Shown here: positions 42,401-52,029 of the stretch, one piece after another
Numbering within the stretch: position 1 is the stretch's first letter
Layout: the number at the start of each line of letters is the position of its first letter
Source of the DNA: a virus
Length of the DNA stretch: 64,000 bases
Direction: 5' to 3' (one strand)
IMG/VR virus record: IMGVR_UViG_3300009506_000008
Location: 37,021 to 101,020 of that record
Translations under genes and position numbers: made by a program
The notes under the pieces: model-generated
Told to the model about the DNA's origin: nothing
Seen by the model: the letters and a program-made list of their open reading frames with translations, nothing else
Databases searched by the model: none

Positions 42401-45193
42401 GTGACGTGTTCGCATGCCACCTTGTCCTTCGTTCCCGGCACTGAAACGATTGATCCGGTAACTGGAGATCCGGTAAAGACGAATGACCGTTGGGAAGGAA
42501 CCGTCAGTGTTTCGGGAGTAGAAAAGGTTATTGTCACTGCGGTTGACATATTCGGTAACTCGGGGTCCGATTGGGAGTGGTTCTGGAACTCTGACGATCC
42601 GATGGATCCGATTTGGGACAAGACCGCACCCGATATCCAAATGAGCTCCTCTCCATCTGCCGAGAAACCTTCGGTGATAGGAAGTCTGCTCAGGGTATTC
42701 GGAAAGGGAGTTGACAAAGAATCTGGTATGTCGGCTGGGATGACGTTGCAGCTCAGTCTCGATGGATTGGTATGGGGATTCAACGAGACGATGACGACTC
42801 CTGCGTATCATCCAGAAACGGGTGATCCTTACCCGGATTGGTACGAGGGCACGTTCGACATGACAGGCTGGCCTCGCGGGACTCGGATATACTATCGAGT
42901 CATGGCGCAGGACATAGCAGGAAATGTGGGATATTCCAGCGTAGGAGATGGTGTCCTAGACGACCAACAGCCAGAAGTTACTCTCAATGTGTCGGAGTAC
43001 GACTACGGTTCAGGAGGGGAACGGTCCAAGCAACCGACCGGGCTCAAACACGGGTTAGGTACGCTGGAAGTTACAATCAACGATGCCTCTACAATCGTTC
43101 ATGTATGGTGTGATTCTTTGGTAGGAGGTGCTGGTACACTGACCTTCGTTCCGGGCACTGAAATGATCGATCCTGTCACCGGCGATCCCGTGAAGAAGAG
43201 TGATAGATGGGTCGGTGTTATTCAGGTCTACAGTGTCCAGAAAGTAACGGTCAGGGCGACTGACGTCTTCGGAAACATCGGCGAGGATTGGGAATACTTT
43301 TGGAATACCGATGACCCGATGCCGCCGGAATGGGACAAGACCGGTCCCTCAGTGTCCGTAGCGAACAGCCCGTCCAATTCCAACAAGCCCGCTCCGGTAG
43401 GTAGTCCATTCGTGGTGTTTGCACTGCCGACTGATGCGGAGACTGGAGTGGACACCGGGGAACCGGTGGAGCTAGAAGTCAGTCTCAACGGGGGACTTGA
43501 CTTCGACCAGTCGTTTGAGATGTCCTCCCCTGCGTATGATCCTGAGACAGGCGATCCTTACCCGGATTGGTACCAAGTCTCGGTCGATCTCAAGGGTGCC
43601 CCGCTCAATCTGTCCCGAGGGGATTATTTCTGGTATAGAGTCAGAGCCACGGACCTAGCGGGGAACGATGGTTACTCGGGCGTGCAAGAAGCACGAGTTG
43701 ACGATGATCCGCCGATTGTCACTGTAACGATTGACAAAGATCCGGGGGAGGCTGACAGCGAAAAGCAACCGACAGGACTAGCGCACGGGTTCGGTTGGGT
43801 TACAGTCAAAGTCGATGACATCTCGGTTATCGACTCGGTTACGTGTGACCGAGCTAGTCTTTCATTCGTTCCAGGGGGGTTGGACAGCGAGGGGAAGCGG
43901 GAACCGGATACTTGGCAGGGCAAGATCGACCCGCCAATTAGCGGTGTCGAGCTTGTGACTGTGAGGGTCGTTGACACCTTTGGGAACAGCACGGAGGAGT
44001 CAGACTACTACTGGAACACGGATGACCCGATGCCGATTGAGTTCGACAAACGGGGTCCGATTGTTTCCCAAGCGATGAATCCTTCCGCAAGCCGGAAGGA
44101 CACCATGGGAATCGGTTCTCCCCTGATCGTGTACGCAAGAGCGGAGGATCGGGAGACTGACATTGATGAAGATACGTACGTATTGGAGATCGGGCTCGAC
44201 GGGATCGACTTTCCATACCAGCATTCGATGGCGCCGGTCGGTCCAGCCTACCCCGATTGGTACAAGGCTGAAGTCGATATCAAGGTAGAACACGGGTTCT
44301 CTAGCGGGGATCTTATCTTCTACCGCACCAAATGCGATGACATTGCTGGCAACACTGGGTACAGTACGGTGGTCGAGGGAAATGTAGACGGTATCCCTCC
44401 GACCGTTGCCGTACGAGCCCAGTCATATGATGCGGGGGCCACCGGGGACGAGGGGACGGAGTATGATGAGGTCAAGGGGGATCTCCGGTTCCGAATCACG
44501 GTTACAGATGCCAGTGCTGTCAAGCTCATCGAAGCAGATCCTGGAACAGGGTCCTACGGAATCATTTGGCAGCGAAGCGTAGGGGATACCCCTTCGTGCT
44601 ACAGGGATCCAGATGATGTAGATGGCAACGCTTGGTTGTACGATACGGGGCGTGATTACAAGGGCAAGAAGGATTGGAAGTTCCGTGTCACCGACTACTT
44701 TGACAAGACAGGTTCCGACGGTATCAAGGTAGACCACAGAGCGAAGGACGAAACCACTAGCGACAACACCACGCAAGAGATTGTTGAAGGACTAGGAGAG
44801 GAAACGGACGAGCCGGACATCGACGGCACGCACATCATGGTAGGTACGTTGCCGTTGGATCGGTTGGCGGAGGCGGTTGAGGGAGTCTTCACACGCGTCA
44901 TCGGAGCGGACACGTACAAGTTGGAGTTTGTACTGGACGATGAGGAGTCCCCAAACCATGCTAAGATGATCCTGACTCGGAACGGTGTTGAGCAAGTCGC
45001 TTTCCAGTTATGGAACGGGAATCCTCTGCATCGTCCTTTCCTGTTGATGGGAGCCGACACGGATGGAGGACGGGTCATCTTCAGTCCTAAAGTCAGTTCT
45101 GTCGGTGATATCATGATGACTGCGGAAAATTGGTATATTCGGCAGGACGGTCGTAGTACACTAGCTTCTCGGGCATACTTTACTGACGATTGA
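39440..45193 (+). CDS. Tail hub/central fibre protein with tandem Ig-like repeats (1917 aa)
   Basis: Hub-like N-terminal ~350 aa; repeated DxTxP...AxDxAGN units. Confidence 0.85.
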   Translation: MASYQPHAEASDIRFSYSMYGGPTTASFLVPNARVSLFALGSLISIGEHWRGEVVSHEQSGEYLTRIVCSGLARRLDSIEFRQWYNFLLDDGVTEHPFNNETTDAGEILDEVAPLLTLVGLSAASLTVGFNPVQVEVSGPVRSVLDTLAYAAGKGWYIDQSNTIQWGSWALSPASPTLTTIENVRNVLIIEAGRKKDPFDKSSVPEEDVPLEEFLYLMQIVDVNSSGYTGETRFHSDQIIFIAHDSASRSSYGTREERLSVPYIGDSTAALAFATQWFSIFANPIESEAEIEYIESPGPGAHESLPHEKAAMSVDVAVLETGALEVTYNVSMGELMASPLMRGNLQRPFEVPRADIDVTPPRVEMTSELVAPRTNPIPSDIKVYVRAEDEKLDGTKTIETPVIQITTDPADFSIATELNGTPVAVPPAAEEGWYEFTFDLRNSPFNLNRGDPIAYRAKAVDASGNVGYSSVVEGNADSEQPEVSFSVSEYDYGEGAERAEQPTGLKAGLGTIVVTVSDISKISRVHCTHGTLSFVPGEKIESPIDGSEVETQDRWEGTISVSGVEKVSVYAEDVYGNIGEKWEYFWNMDDPMPPEWDKTPPTINVSTSPDTNDSRTVVGHPLKVYARVIDNESGPSPEQPTFQFSINGVDFTNYSMTNATHPDTGDPLPGWHMINFNLTPYSRGQKVWYRVRGRDLGGNYGYSEIIEGVVDDKQPEPSMSVASWDGAAASPSQPKGLKNGRGLLTVTVQDASSISRVDCTHGTLTFIPGTEVIDPVSGDEVTTSDRWEGEINVSGVEKVIVTAYDVFGNVGEDWEYYWNTDDVMPPEWDKTPPEITMAAAPSSMKPTVLGHPLLIFAQIVDKESGPSGLPWLEVSTDGLVFSNVGTFVSPAIHPETGDPYPDWAMISYDLTGYSRGEKIWYRVGGQDVAENTGYSAINEGVVDDQQPQVTFSIEELGSGTKDRQPTGLKHGQGKISVMVTDASTIDHVTCSHATLSFVPGTETIDPVTGDPVKTNDRWEGTVSVSGVEKVIVTAVDIFGNSGSDWEWFWNSDDPMDPIWDKTAPDIQMSSSPSAEKPSVIGSLLRVFGKGVDKESGMSAGMTLQLSLDGLVWGFNETMTTPAYHPETGDPYPDWYEGTFDMTGWPRGTRIYYRVMAQDIAGNVGYSSVGDGVLDDQQPEVTLNVSEYDYGSGGERSKQPTGLKHGLGTLEVTINDASTIVHVWCDSLVGGAGTLTFVPGTEMIDPVTGDPVKKSDRWVGVIQVYSVQKVTVRATDVFGNIGEDWEYFWNTDDPMPPEWDKTGPSVSVANSPSNSNKPAPVGSPFVVFALPTDAETGVDTGEPVELEVSLNGGLDFDQSFEMSSPAYDPETGDPYPDWYQVSVDLKGAPLNLSRGDYFWYRVRATDLAGNDGYSGVQEARVDDDPPIVTVTIDKDPGEADSEKQPTGLAHGFGWVTVKVDDISVIDSVTCDRASLSFVPGGLDSEGKREPDTWQGKIDPPISGVELVTVRVVDTFGNSTEESDYYWNTDDPMPIEFDKRGPIVSQAMNPSASRKDTMGIGSPLIVYARAEDRETDIDEDTYVLEIGLDGIDFPYQHSMAPVGPAYPDWYKAEVDIKVEHGFSSGDLIFYRTKCDDIAGNTGYSTVVEGNVDGIPPTVAVRAQSYDAGATGDEGTEYDEVKGDLRFRITVTDASAVKLIEADPGTGSYGIIWQRSVGDTPSCYRDPDDVDGNAWLYDTGRDYKGKKDWKFRVTDYFDKTGSDGIKVDHRAKDETTSDNTTQEIVEGLGEETDEPDIDGTHIMVGTLPLDRLAEAVEGVFTRVIGADTYKLEFVLDDEESPNHAKMILTRNGVEQVAFQLWNGNPLHRPFLLMGADTDGGRVIFSPKVSSVGDIMMTAENWYIRQDGRSTLASRAYFTDD
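40508..44400 (+). repeat. ~5.5 tandem copies of a ~235-aa two-domain unit
   Basis: Units start near 40508, 41225, 41920, 42613, 43330, 44042; shared QPTGLK.G, LSFVPG, SGVEKV, WNxDDPMPxEWDK. Confidence 0.9.
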
Positions 45194-45203
45194 GGAGGTT
45201 GAC

Positions 45204-46244
45204 ATGGCTAAGTGGTGGAGTCCGGTTATTGTTCTGAACGCTTTGGATGCCGTCCTAGTGACGGACGTATTCACGTACTTCAAGACACCACCTGATACCG
45301 GGACGCCTAATCCGCGTCCCAACGTGGACTGCAAGCTGACCAACTACGATACGTACCGAGGGGAGACTGACAGACTCCTCCTGGTCATTCAAGGGTACTA
45401 CGACGACGGGTGGAACACGGCTCGGGATACCCAAGATCCTAGCCGAGTGGGGATGTACAGAAAGTTGACGTACACATCCATTGCCGGTGACCCCGGCAAC
45501 GAATCGACAGGGGCCATTGAACACACCGCAGCTGGTGCGATCTTCCAAAATGACATCTATGTGGTGCGTCCGAATGCGCCGGAGATTCATGAAACATCCG
45601 TCTACTTCCCGTTCTTGATCTACTCCGTGGAGTTCTTCGACACCATCTCGGCTACCTACGGCAGCAACGGAATGGCTTCTGGTGCTGCGGAGTACACGTC
45701 TCAGAGCGAGGCTCACGGTGCTCCGGGGGACAGTGGTCCGCAGCCAGCCTCCCAAAACACCATTCGAGACTATGCCATCTGGTGGGATGAGGAAGTGTTG
45801 GATCCGGGTGGGGACGATTACATCGACGCGAACCAATACTTCCATGGTCCGTCCGATAGTCCGGTAAGTTCTTTGACCGGGGGGAGAGATTCGGAACTGA
45901 ACGGCGGTCCTCCGGGTTGGACAATTTCCGGGGATGCTCGATTTCACAACACTGATTACTTCGCTGACGAAGCCGGGCACTCTTCCACATTCGCAATGGA
46001 CTCCTCATACATCCCAATCTTCGCTCGTATGAAACCAGGTGATGGGGTTCCGGTTGCCGGTTTGCTTCTCGGTTGGAACTACGACGGTCACGAAGACTAC
46101 AGTGGAGATCCTATCGGGACGAGTGTTCTGACCCGTCTTCAGATGTCGTGGAAGTTCGGAAAGGTTGATAGAGTGTGGACCACCGTTCCCGGTAACAATG
46201 CGGAAGACACTGCCGTACTCCCAGGATTCAACAAGGTCACGTAG
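45204..46244 (+). CDS. Putative tail-tip protein (346 aa)
   Basis: SD GAGGAGG; acidic, aromatic-rich. Confidence 0.75.
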   Translation: MAKWWSPVIVLNALDAVLVTDVFTYFKTPPDTGTPNPRPNVDCKLTNYDTYRGETDRLLLVIQGYYDDGWNTARDTQDPSRVGMYRKLTYTSIAGDPGNESTGAIEHTAAGAIFQNDIYVVRPNAPEIHETSVYFPFLIYSVEFFDTISATYGSNGMASGAAEYTSQSEAHGAPGDSGPQPASQNTIRDYAIWWDEEVLDPGGDDYIDANQYFHGPSDSPVSSLTGGRDSELNGGPPGWTISGDARFHNTDYFADEAGHSSTFAMDSSYIPIFARMKPGDGVPVAGLLLGWNYDGHEDYSGDPIGTSVLTRLQMSWKFGKVDRVWTTVPGNNAEDTAVLPGFNKVT

Positions 46245-48122
46245 ATGTTGGAACCTTGGGTTCCCGTACACTTGATTCCAGGTTACGACTCGTCTGGAGA
46301 ACCGATTACTGACGAGACGGCAACCTGGATGTCAAAAGCGACCATTAGGACGGTTCGCCGGAACCTTGAGATCGTTATGGGGTTGGCTCGGGTGCTATTC
46401 ACCGATGTCACCGATTCGTTCAAAGGCAGCCCCCTTCATCCTACCATTAACAACGGAATAGAAGGAGGATATGACGATTGTTGGTGGGATGCGCAGCCAA
46501 TGCGGATAACTAACCGGACGGGAGAGGATGTCCCGGGCCAACCCTGTTTGAATCCTAACTTGACGACGTGTTCGGGTCTTGATTACGACGATAACCCGCA
46601 GGGATTGACCTACTTCGACAATGGATCTGGGACGTGCGGGTTCTATGATTCTCTGTCAGGAAACTGCTTCAACTGCTATACCTGCGAAGGAGATGTAGAC
46701 GGAACCTACATCCCAAGTCCATTTCTGTTGAAGAAGAGTTATTTCACGCAACCTCGGGACGTCATCGAGCTTTTGTGTACCATCTATACAGAGGTTGGGG
46801 TCCCCGGATGGACTCCTATCGTTCCTAAGTGGAACATGGCAGGGGGTGTCATAGATCCGGGTGCTCCTCCGTTAACCATAAATCCGGTGTACGCATTACG
46901 AGTCAGTCATGTAGAGCAACTGCGAATAGTCATTGAGGCATTGGGAGACTTCGCGGAGGATCTATTTGACGGACTGGGTATGTGTACGCTAGTCCAATCT
47001 TTGGAAAGTGAAACTCTTCACGAAAGTGGAGCGCCTGTATGGACGAGGCAGGCATTGGCTTCCGAGGACTCGTTTGATGCGGAGGGATTGGCACATCTAC
47101 GTCAAGCGTTGCAATCGGAGTTTCTAGCGGACGGGGCATCCATCGTCTCTGTGCGAACAGGATTGGACAACTGGTTGGTTTCGGACACCGGGACGATGGT
47201 TCCGGTGGATCTGCGTCAGGCATTGGACGATGCTGTTGAAATGGAAGCGGAGAATCCGGTTTCGTTGCGCCAGAAAACGGAAGACTTCGCAGTATCGTTA
47301 ATGGACGGATCGAGTCTCGTCCACTTGAGGAACAAGACGTTAAACCAAGTGCTTCGCACGGGCCGGTCCTACGTTAATCTGGTGCAGGAACTGGGCTCGA
47401 AGGAAGTCTACAACGGGTCCAGTCCTGTCAGGTTGCTGGATATACTGGACGACGGCTTCATCGACTTTGACGGATACGGAGCGGCCACCATCGTGCAAGC
47501 GTTGGGTAGCGAGCAAGTCTTCGACGGGATAGCCCCGGCGACCCTCCGAAACAAGTTGGAGACGCAGTTTGAAGCCTTTGGTTCGGCTCTCACGGACCTT
47601 CGACAGCAACTACTCCCCCCGATAGACCTAGACGGGTTGGCGCCGGTGACTGTGCGTACAGGATTGGGTAGTGAACAGACGTTCAATGGGGCAGGACGTG
47701 TCGATTTGGTGCAGAAGTTGTTGGGGCAGGTAGAGATGGTCGCCCTCGCGGCAGCGAACTTAGTTCAGTCGCTAGACGAGGAGCAACTATGGGACGGGGA
47801 GGGAGCCACTAACCTACGCCAACAGGTAGCTGAAGCCGTTGTAATGTCAGCAGAGAGCTTTCTGAACCTGAGAGATCGGTGCGCCGGGCAGCAAACTTGG
47901 AATGCAAGGGCTGAGGCTCGTCTACGGGACGAATTGAAGGGAGTGGAGGATATTGACGGGTTAGGGATAGCGGACCTTCGGCAGAGTCTCCAGAACGTCA
48001 TAGAGTACACCGGTTATGGTATAGGAAATTTGAGGCAGCGGCTAATGGTTCTCGGAACAACGGTCGAATTGCCTACCGATGCCGCCGTTTGGTTCAATGG
48101 CACCGATTTGATAGGTGATTGA
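46245..48122 (+). CDS. Tail protein with Cys-rich N-terminal region and ~18-aa C-terminal repeats
   Basis: CFNCYTC cluster; about 20 LRQxL...DGxG units. Confidence 0.8.
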   Translation: MLEPWVPVHLIPGYDSSGEPITDETATWMSKATIRTVRRNLEIVMGLARVLFTDVTDSFKGSPLHPTINNGIEGGYDDCWWDAQPMRITNRTGEDVPGQPCLNPNLTTCSGLDYDDNPQGLTYFDNGSGTCGFYDSLSGNCFNCYTCEGDVDGTYIPSPFLLKKSYFTQPRDVIELLCTIYTEVGVPGWTPIVPKWNMAGGVIDPGAPPLTINPVYALRVSHVEQLRIVIEALGDFAEDLFDGLGMCTLVQSLESETLHESGAPVWTRQALASEDSFDAEGLAHLRQALQSEFLADGASIVSVRTGLDNWLVSDTGTMVPVDLRQALDDAVEMEAENPVSLRQKTEDFAVSLMDGSSLVHLRNKTLNQVLRTGRSYVNLVQELGSKEVYNGSSPVRLLDILDDGFIDFDGYGAATIVQALGSEQVFDGIAPATLRNKLETQFEAFGSALTDLRQQLLPPIDLDGLAPVTVRTGLGSEQTFNGAGRVDLVQKLLGQVEMVALAAANLVQSLDEEQLWDGEGATNLRQQVAEAVVMSAESFLNLRDRCAGQQTWNARAEARLRDELKGVEDIDGLGIADLRQSLQNVIEYTGYGIGNLRQRLMVLGTTVELPTDAAVWFNGTDLIGD

Positions 48123-48760
48123 TGGCTGTCTTTTATGAACTTCGATGGGCTATGACGGGATTTCCCGATGCGTTCCTCGTATTCAGGTGGGAACAGTTGA
48201 ACAGCACCTGGTACGTGATCGACGCATGGGACGGGGAACCAATCGAGCCTTTGGCATCCTTCCGGGTTCGCAACCCGTTTACTCTCAACATGCCCAATGG
48301 ACATTGGTGGGAGTATCGAGGACTGGTGGATCCTAACGTAGCGGACCCCGAAGATCAAAGCATGGAGGATTACTACGCTTCCTTTCAATGGGGCTCGCAC
48401 TATCAGGTTGTCCAATACTATCAATCCGTGGGGCAGTTTTCGCACTACACCCAATTGAACCCTACCGTAGATCCGTTATGGGGGACTCAGACTCCCTCCG
48501 ATCATTTGATGAAGGTGCGCCGAAGGTACTACGACGGCATCCCTCAGGTTCGCACATTGACTTTGATGGATTCCGAGACCAATGCTATCGGCAAACTAGA
48601 AGTGACCAACAGTTTCTTCGGCAAGAGTTACCAGACAGCGATGGGTGACTGGCCCCTGTGTGAAAAGAGCGAAATGCTGGAAATTATAGGGGAGGACATT
48701 AAGCTCAACGCGGATGTTTGGATACGGGACATCTCCGGTAACATTCTGGTGTGGACATGA
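48122..48760 (+). CDS. Hypothetical tail-region protein
   Basis: TGATG overlap. Confidence 0.75.
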   Translation: MAVFYELRWAMTGFPDAFLVFRWEQLNSTWYVIDAWDGEPIEPLASFRVRNPFTLNMPNGHWWEYRGLVDPNVADPEDQSMEDYYASFQWGSHYQVVQYYQSVGQFSHYTQLNPTVDPLWGTQTPSDHLMKVRRRYYDGIPQVRTLTLMDSETNAIGKLEVTNSFFGKSYQTAMGDWPLCEKSEMLEIIGEDIKLNADVWIRDISGNILVWT

Positions 48761-49266
48761 TCTCGTTCAACTGTTACAAGTTCATTCTCATGTCTTCGGA
48801 TGACTTGGAGGAAAGAATGACCCTCCAAGCTAGCGGAATCTATGACCGGTTTCTGTTGTCAACGTGTTCTGGTGCCGCTTTCGGGTTCCATCCGTACAAT
48901 GTAGGGTTGAAATGGAACGGAACGAATTGGGTAACGGATGTCGAAACAATTTTTGCAGGCCCGATAAATGACTCGGTTGGTGTTGACACTCCCTCTGCCA
49001 CGCTCGAAGAAGAGATAGTGGTTGTACTTGACGAGTTCTACATGGTTAACTCATCGGGCCAGAACAGAATACGCATCAGGTGGTTTCCTGTAGACCAACA
49101 AGTGCTTGAGGGATACTATTATGGGCTTGCAAGCAGTCCTATTGATGTAGTAGAATTCAAGTCAGTAAGTAGTTCTGTTGGCATGGTTTTCTCAGAAGGG
49201 GTAGTGACGACACATAACTCAATCGTAATAGGCGGTGACTATCATATCTACCCATTCCCGTCTTAG
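48757..49266 (+). CDS. Hypothetical tail-region protein
   Basis: ATGA overlap; slightly AT-richer. Confidence 0.7.
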   Translation: MISFNCYKFILMSSDDLEERMTLQASGIYDRFLLSTCSGAAFGFHPYNVGLKWNGTNWVTDVETIFAGPINDSVGVDTPSATLEEEIVVVLDEFYMVNSSGQNRIRIRWFPVDQQVLEGYYYGLASSPIDVVEFKSVSSSVGMVFSEGVVTTHNSIVIGGDYHIYPFPS

Positions 49267-49275
49267 GAGGTGGAA

Positions 49276-52017
49276 ATGGCCTGGCAACCGATTCCTACCA
49301 CGCTCGAACTAGAGTCCCTTGAAAAAGCACTCACCATCGAACAGTTTCAGTCTTTACCAGATGCCAACGACAGAATCGGTTTCCGGGTTTACAACGAAGG
49401 TCAACTTGTAAGCAACATGACCTTCAAGGTCAAAGCCTCGGACGGACAGTGGCACGAGATGACCGGAGGGGAGTTCTGGACGACAAGGCCCGGAGAGTAT
49501 CTTGTTCAGATGATCTCCGTGGACGATGCGAACAACACCCTCCAGGTCGTGAACAAGCAGATCAGAATCTGCAACTCCTTCCGGCGTTACATCATTCCTG
49601 ACACGTACGTTTGCATCGACGTCAACAAGCCCTGGGGATACATCGGCAACGATCCGGTGATTCATGTTCTCAATGGGTACTATGATGAGGATTTGGACAA
49701 GGACGTTTTCGAGGATGTGATCCTGACGATGCTGCATCCCGAGGATCCAGGTGGGCGATCTGACGTAGGGATCTTCGTACACATTGACGGAAGCAATGGA
49801 GAGCTTCTGGACATCGACGGGAACACGGCAGGCAATTTGACGACCAACCGATACCAAGCCCTTCGGTTGCGTTTTGACATTTCTGACAGCGATCCGGGTT
49901 GGGATTATGATCCCGTGTCCGGCGACGAGTTCATGGACGTTGACGTTCATGCCGGAGTTGTGTTCGGTGACGAGGTTGACAAGTTCTTGATGATGAACGT
50001 CCCCCGAGACTTCAGGATTCGGGTATGGAAGAGTTTCGCAGCCAACCGAACCAGTTCCGACATGGCAATCATGCCGGATACGGACGTCAGGGCGTTGTTG
50101 GAAAGCATCCCGACCATCGAGCAATACCGTTTCCGTGGTCGTGTGCGCACGGTCGGTGCGGTCGGTACAGTTCAAGCGAGCAACCCGAGCCATGCGGATG
50201 GGCAGTGGGTGGACGTCACTTCCGTCACCGATTACTTGCTTTTCGCTCTCACGACGTATGACAACTACGCCATATCATACTCCAGCGGAACGTCGGTAGA
50301 CATCAACGCCCACTCGAATGTCAATGCGTTCCTGGCTGCCGACATTCCGATGACGCAGCCTGTGGAAGCTATCGTCAATCAGGTTCATGCGTACCCTCCT
50401 TCGTTCGGTCCGGCTGAGTACCATTGGATGAGCATTCGGTTGGACAAGGATGCTCGTTACCTGCTTCATATCCTGCCGTTGGCAATCTCTCCGACCAACA
50501 TTCCTGTAGTGAACGGGTTCCAGTCTTTGATTCCTCTCGACATCATGATCGAGGACACCGACGATCACGGTCACACCGACGATTACGACTTGGGTCCGAT
50601 TTATTTGGGGTTCAAGGAAGAGTTTACCCAATGGAGTGTGTTCGATCCCGATACGTTTACATTCATTCCCAAGCGTCTGTTCGGTTCCAGGATGGGGAAC
50701 CCGCTGAAGATGAACATTCCGTACCGTATGTGGTTGAGATGTCCGGGGAGTTCGAGCGCAGCCAACTCCACTCTTCAATTCAACGGAGTTGACTTTGTGA
50801 CATTCAGTGTTACATCCTGCAACCTGAACGATACTTCTCAGACCAACTTCCTCCGAAACATTTCCAAGTGGGTCGCCCTCGGGAACTTCACTTACCTCAT
50901 CAACGACTCCGATCCTACTGACACGTCAATGCACCGGGCGGCTTACATCACCGAAAACTTTCGTCAGTATGAACTCGATGTAGGAATGGCCGAATACGTT
51001 GATTCGTATGCCTTCACCGGGATCGAGAACCTCACCAATTCCAGTCTGTGTTGCGGATACCACCTTGCGGCGGGCAACTGGCAGGGAGCGGTAGACGACT
51101 GGATGGCGAAGATGAAGACGTTCATCATCGACGAGAGTAACTGGTGCAGTTGGTTGGAGGACGATGGAAGTCAGCGTCCCTCGCAGAACATCGAATCCCT
51201 TACCAACTACGGATTGGACTTGGGGCTCCCGTTCGGACTCCATACTGCGTACTACACGGGCTCCGCCCAGTTCGACGTGAACCGCAACGTCATCAGCTTC
51301 GTGTCCGTGTACTATTGGCTGAACTTGATGATGCGGCAGGACGGGTCCAGCCTCTCGCTTAATTACCCCGACGTGGGGGACGGCGTCACGAATGCGGAGA
51401 AGCTAGGCGGGACAATCTGCGTAGCGAAGAGTTGGGAGACTGAAGACGGGACGCCAGACGGCAATCCATACTATCGTTGCGTGTGGGTCGCGGTCGGAGA
51501 TCCGAACATCCTCATCGAGGACGAGGGCCAGACCGACCTCGGTGCTGGAGTCTTGACAAACACAACTCCGTTGGAACTGAGCGACGCACAACTGAACATC
51601 AACTATGGAGATCCGGGGTACATTGACCTGTTGTATCTCCATGCGGGTCCGCTGTGGGTCGTGGAAACTTTTGTTGAGTTGGACACCACGTTCGGAGATA
51701 TTGTCTGGTTCGATTTTGCGATCAACACGTACGCCGACTTTGGATATGGTGCGGACAAGACGGGCGACCGTCCTTACCTCATCACTCCTGACAAGCTGGT
51801 ATCGTACGACCCGTTGGCTACGGATGAGAGAGTCATTTCCAATGCGGATTTCACATCGTCCGAGTCCTACGACAACAACCAAGTAATCCAGGGTCAGTTC
51901 TCTCAAACGGAGATCGGGTTCCTAGCGATGAAAGGGGCCGCACTGATCCATCGAGGGCACGCGATCCTAGCCAGAGACTCCAACGGGAACTTGGTACACG
52001 GTTTTGGCGCAAACTGA
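49276..52017 (+). CDS. Large beta-rich tail/baseplate protein (~913 aa)
   Basis: SD AGGAGG; long ORF with coding bias. Confidence 0.8.
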   Translation: MAWQPIPTTLELESLEKALTIEQFQSLPDANDRIGFRVYNEGQLVSNMTFKVKASDGQWHEMTGGEFWTTRPGEYLVQMISVDDANNTLQVVNKQIRICNSFRRYIIPDTYVCIDVNKPWGYIGNDPVIHVLNGYYDEDLDKDVFEDVILTMLHPEDPGGRSDVGIFVHIDGSNGELLDIDGNTAGNLTTNRYQALRLRFDISDSDPGWDYDPVSGDEFMDVDVHAGVVFGDEVDKFLMMNVPRDFRIRVWKSFAANRTSSDMAIMPDTDVRALLESIPTIEQYRFRGRVRTVGAVGTVQASNPSHADGQWVDVTSVTDYLLFALTTYDNYAISYSSGTSVDINAHSNVNAFLAADIPMTQPVEAIVNQVHAYPPSFGPAEYHWMSIRLDKDARYLLHILPLAISPTNIPVVNGFQSLIPLDIMIEDTDDHGHTDDYDLGPIYLGFKEEFTQWSVFDPDTFTFIPKRLFGSRMGNPLKMNIPYRMWLRCPGSSSAANSTLQFNGVDFVTFSVTSCNLNDTSQTNFLRNISKWVALGNFTYLINDSDPTDTSMHRAAYITENFRQYELDVGMAEYVDSYAFTGIENLTNSSLCCGYHLAAGNWQGAVDDWMAKMKTFIIDESNWCSWLEDDGSQRPSQNIESLTNYGLDLGLPFGLHTAYYTGSAQFDVNRNVISFVSVYYWLNLMMRQDGSSLSLNYPDVGDGVTNAEKLGGTICVAKSWETEDGTPDGNPYYRCVWVAVGDPNILIEDEGQTDLGAGVLTNTTPLELSDAQLNINYGDPGYIDLLYLHAGPLWVVETFVELDTTFGDIVWFDFAINTYADFGYGADKTGDRPYLITPDKLVSYDPLATDERVISNADFTSSESYDNNQVIQGQFSQTEIGFLAMKGAALIHRGHAILARDSNGNLVHGFGAN

Positions 52018-52029
52018 GGAGGAACGTCT

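Noticed and set aside
40508-44400. Diversity-generating retroelement TR/VR pair
   Set aside because: Repeats are in-frame protein repeats diverged at all base types, not adenine-specific; no reverse transcriptase in the window
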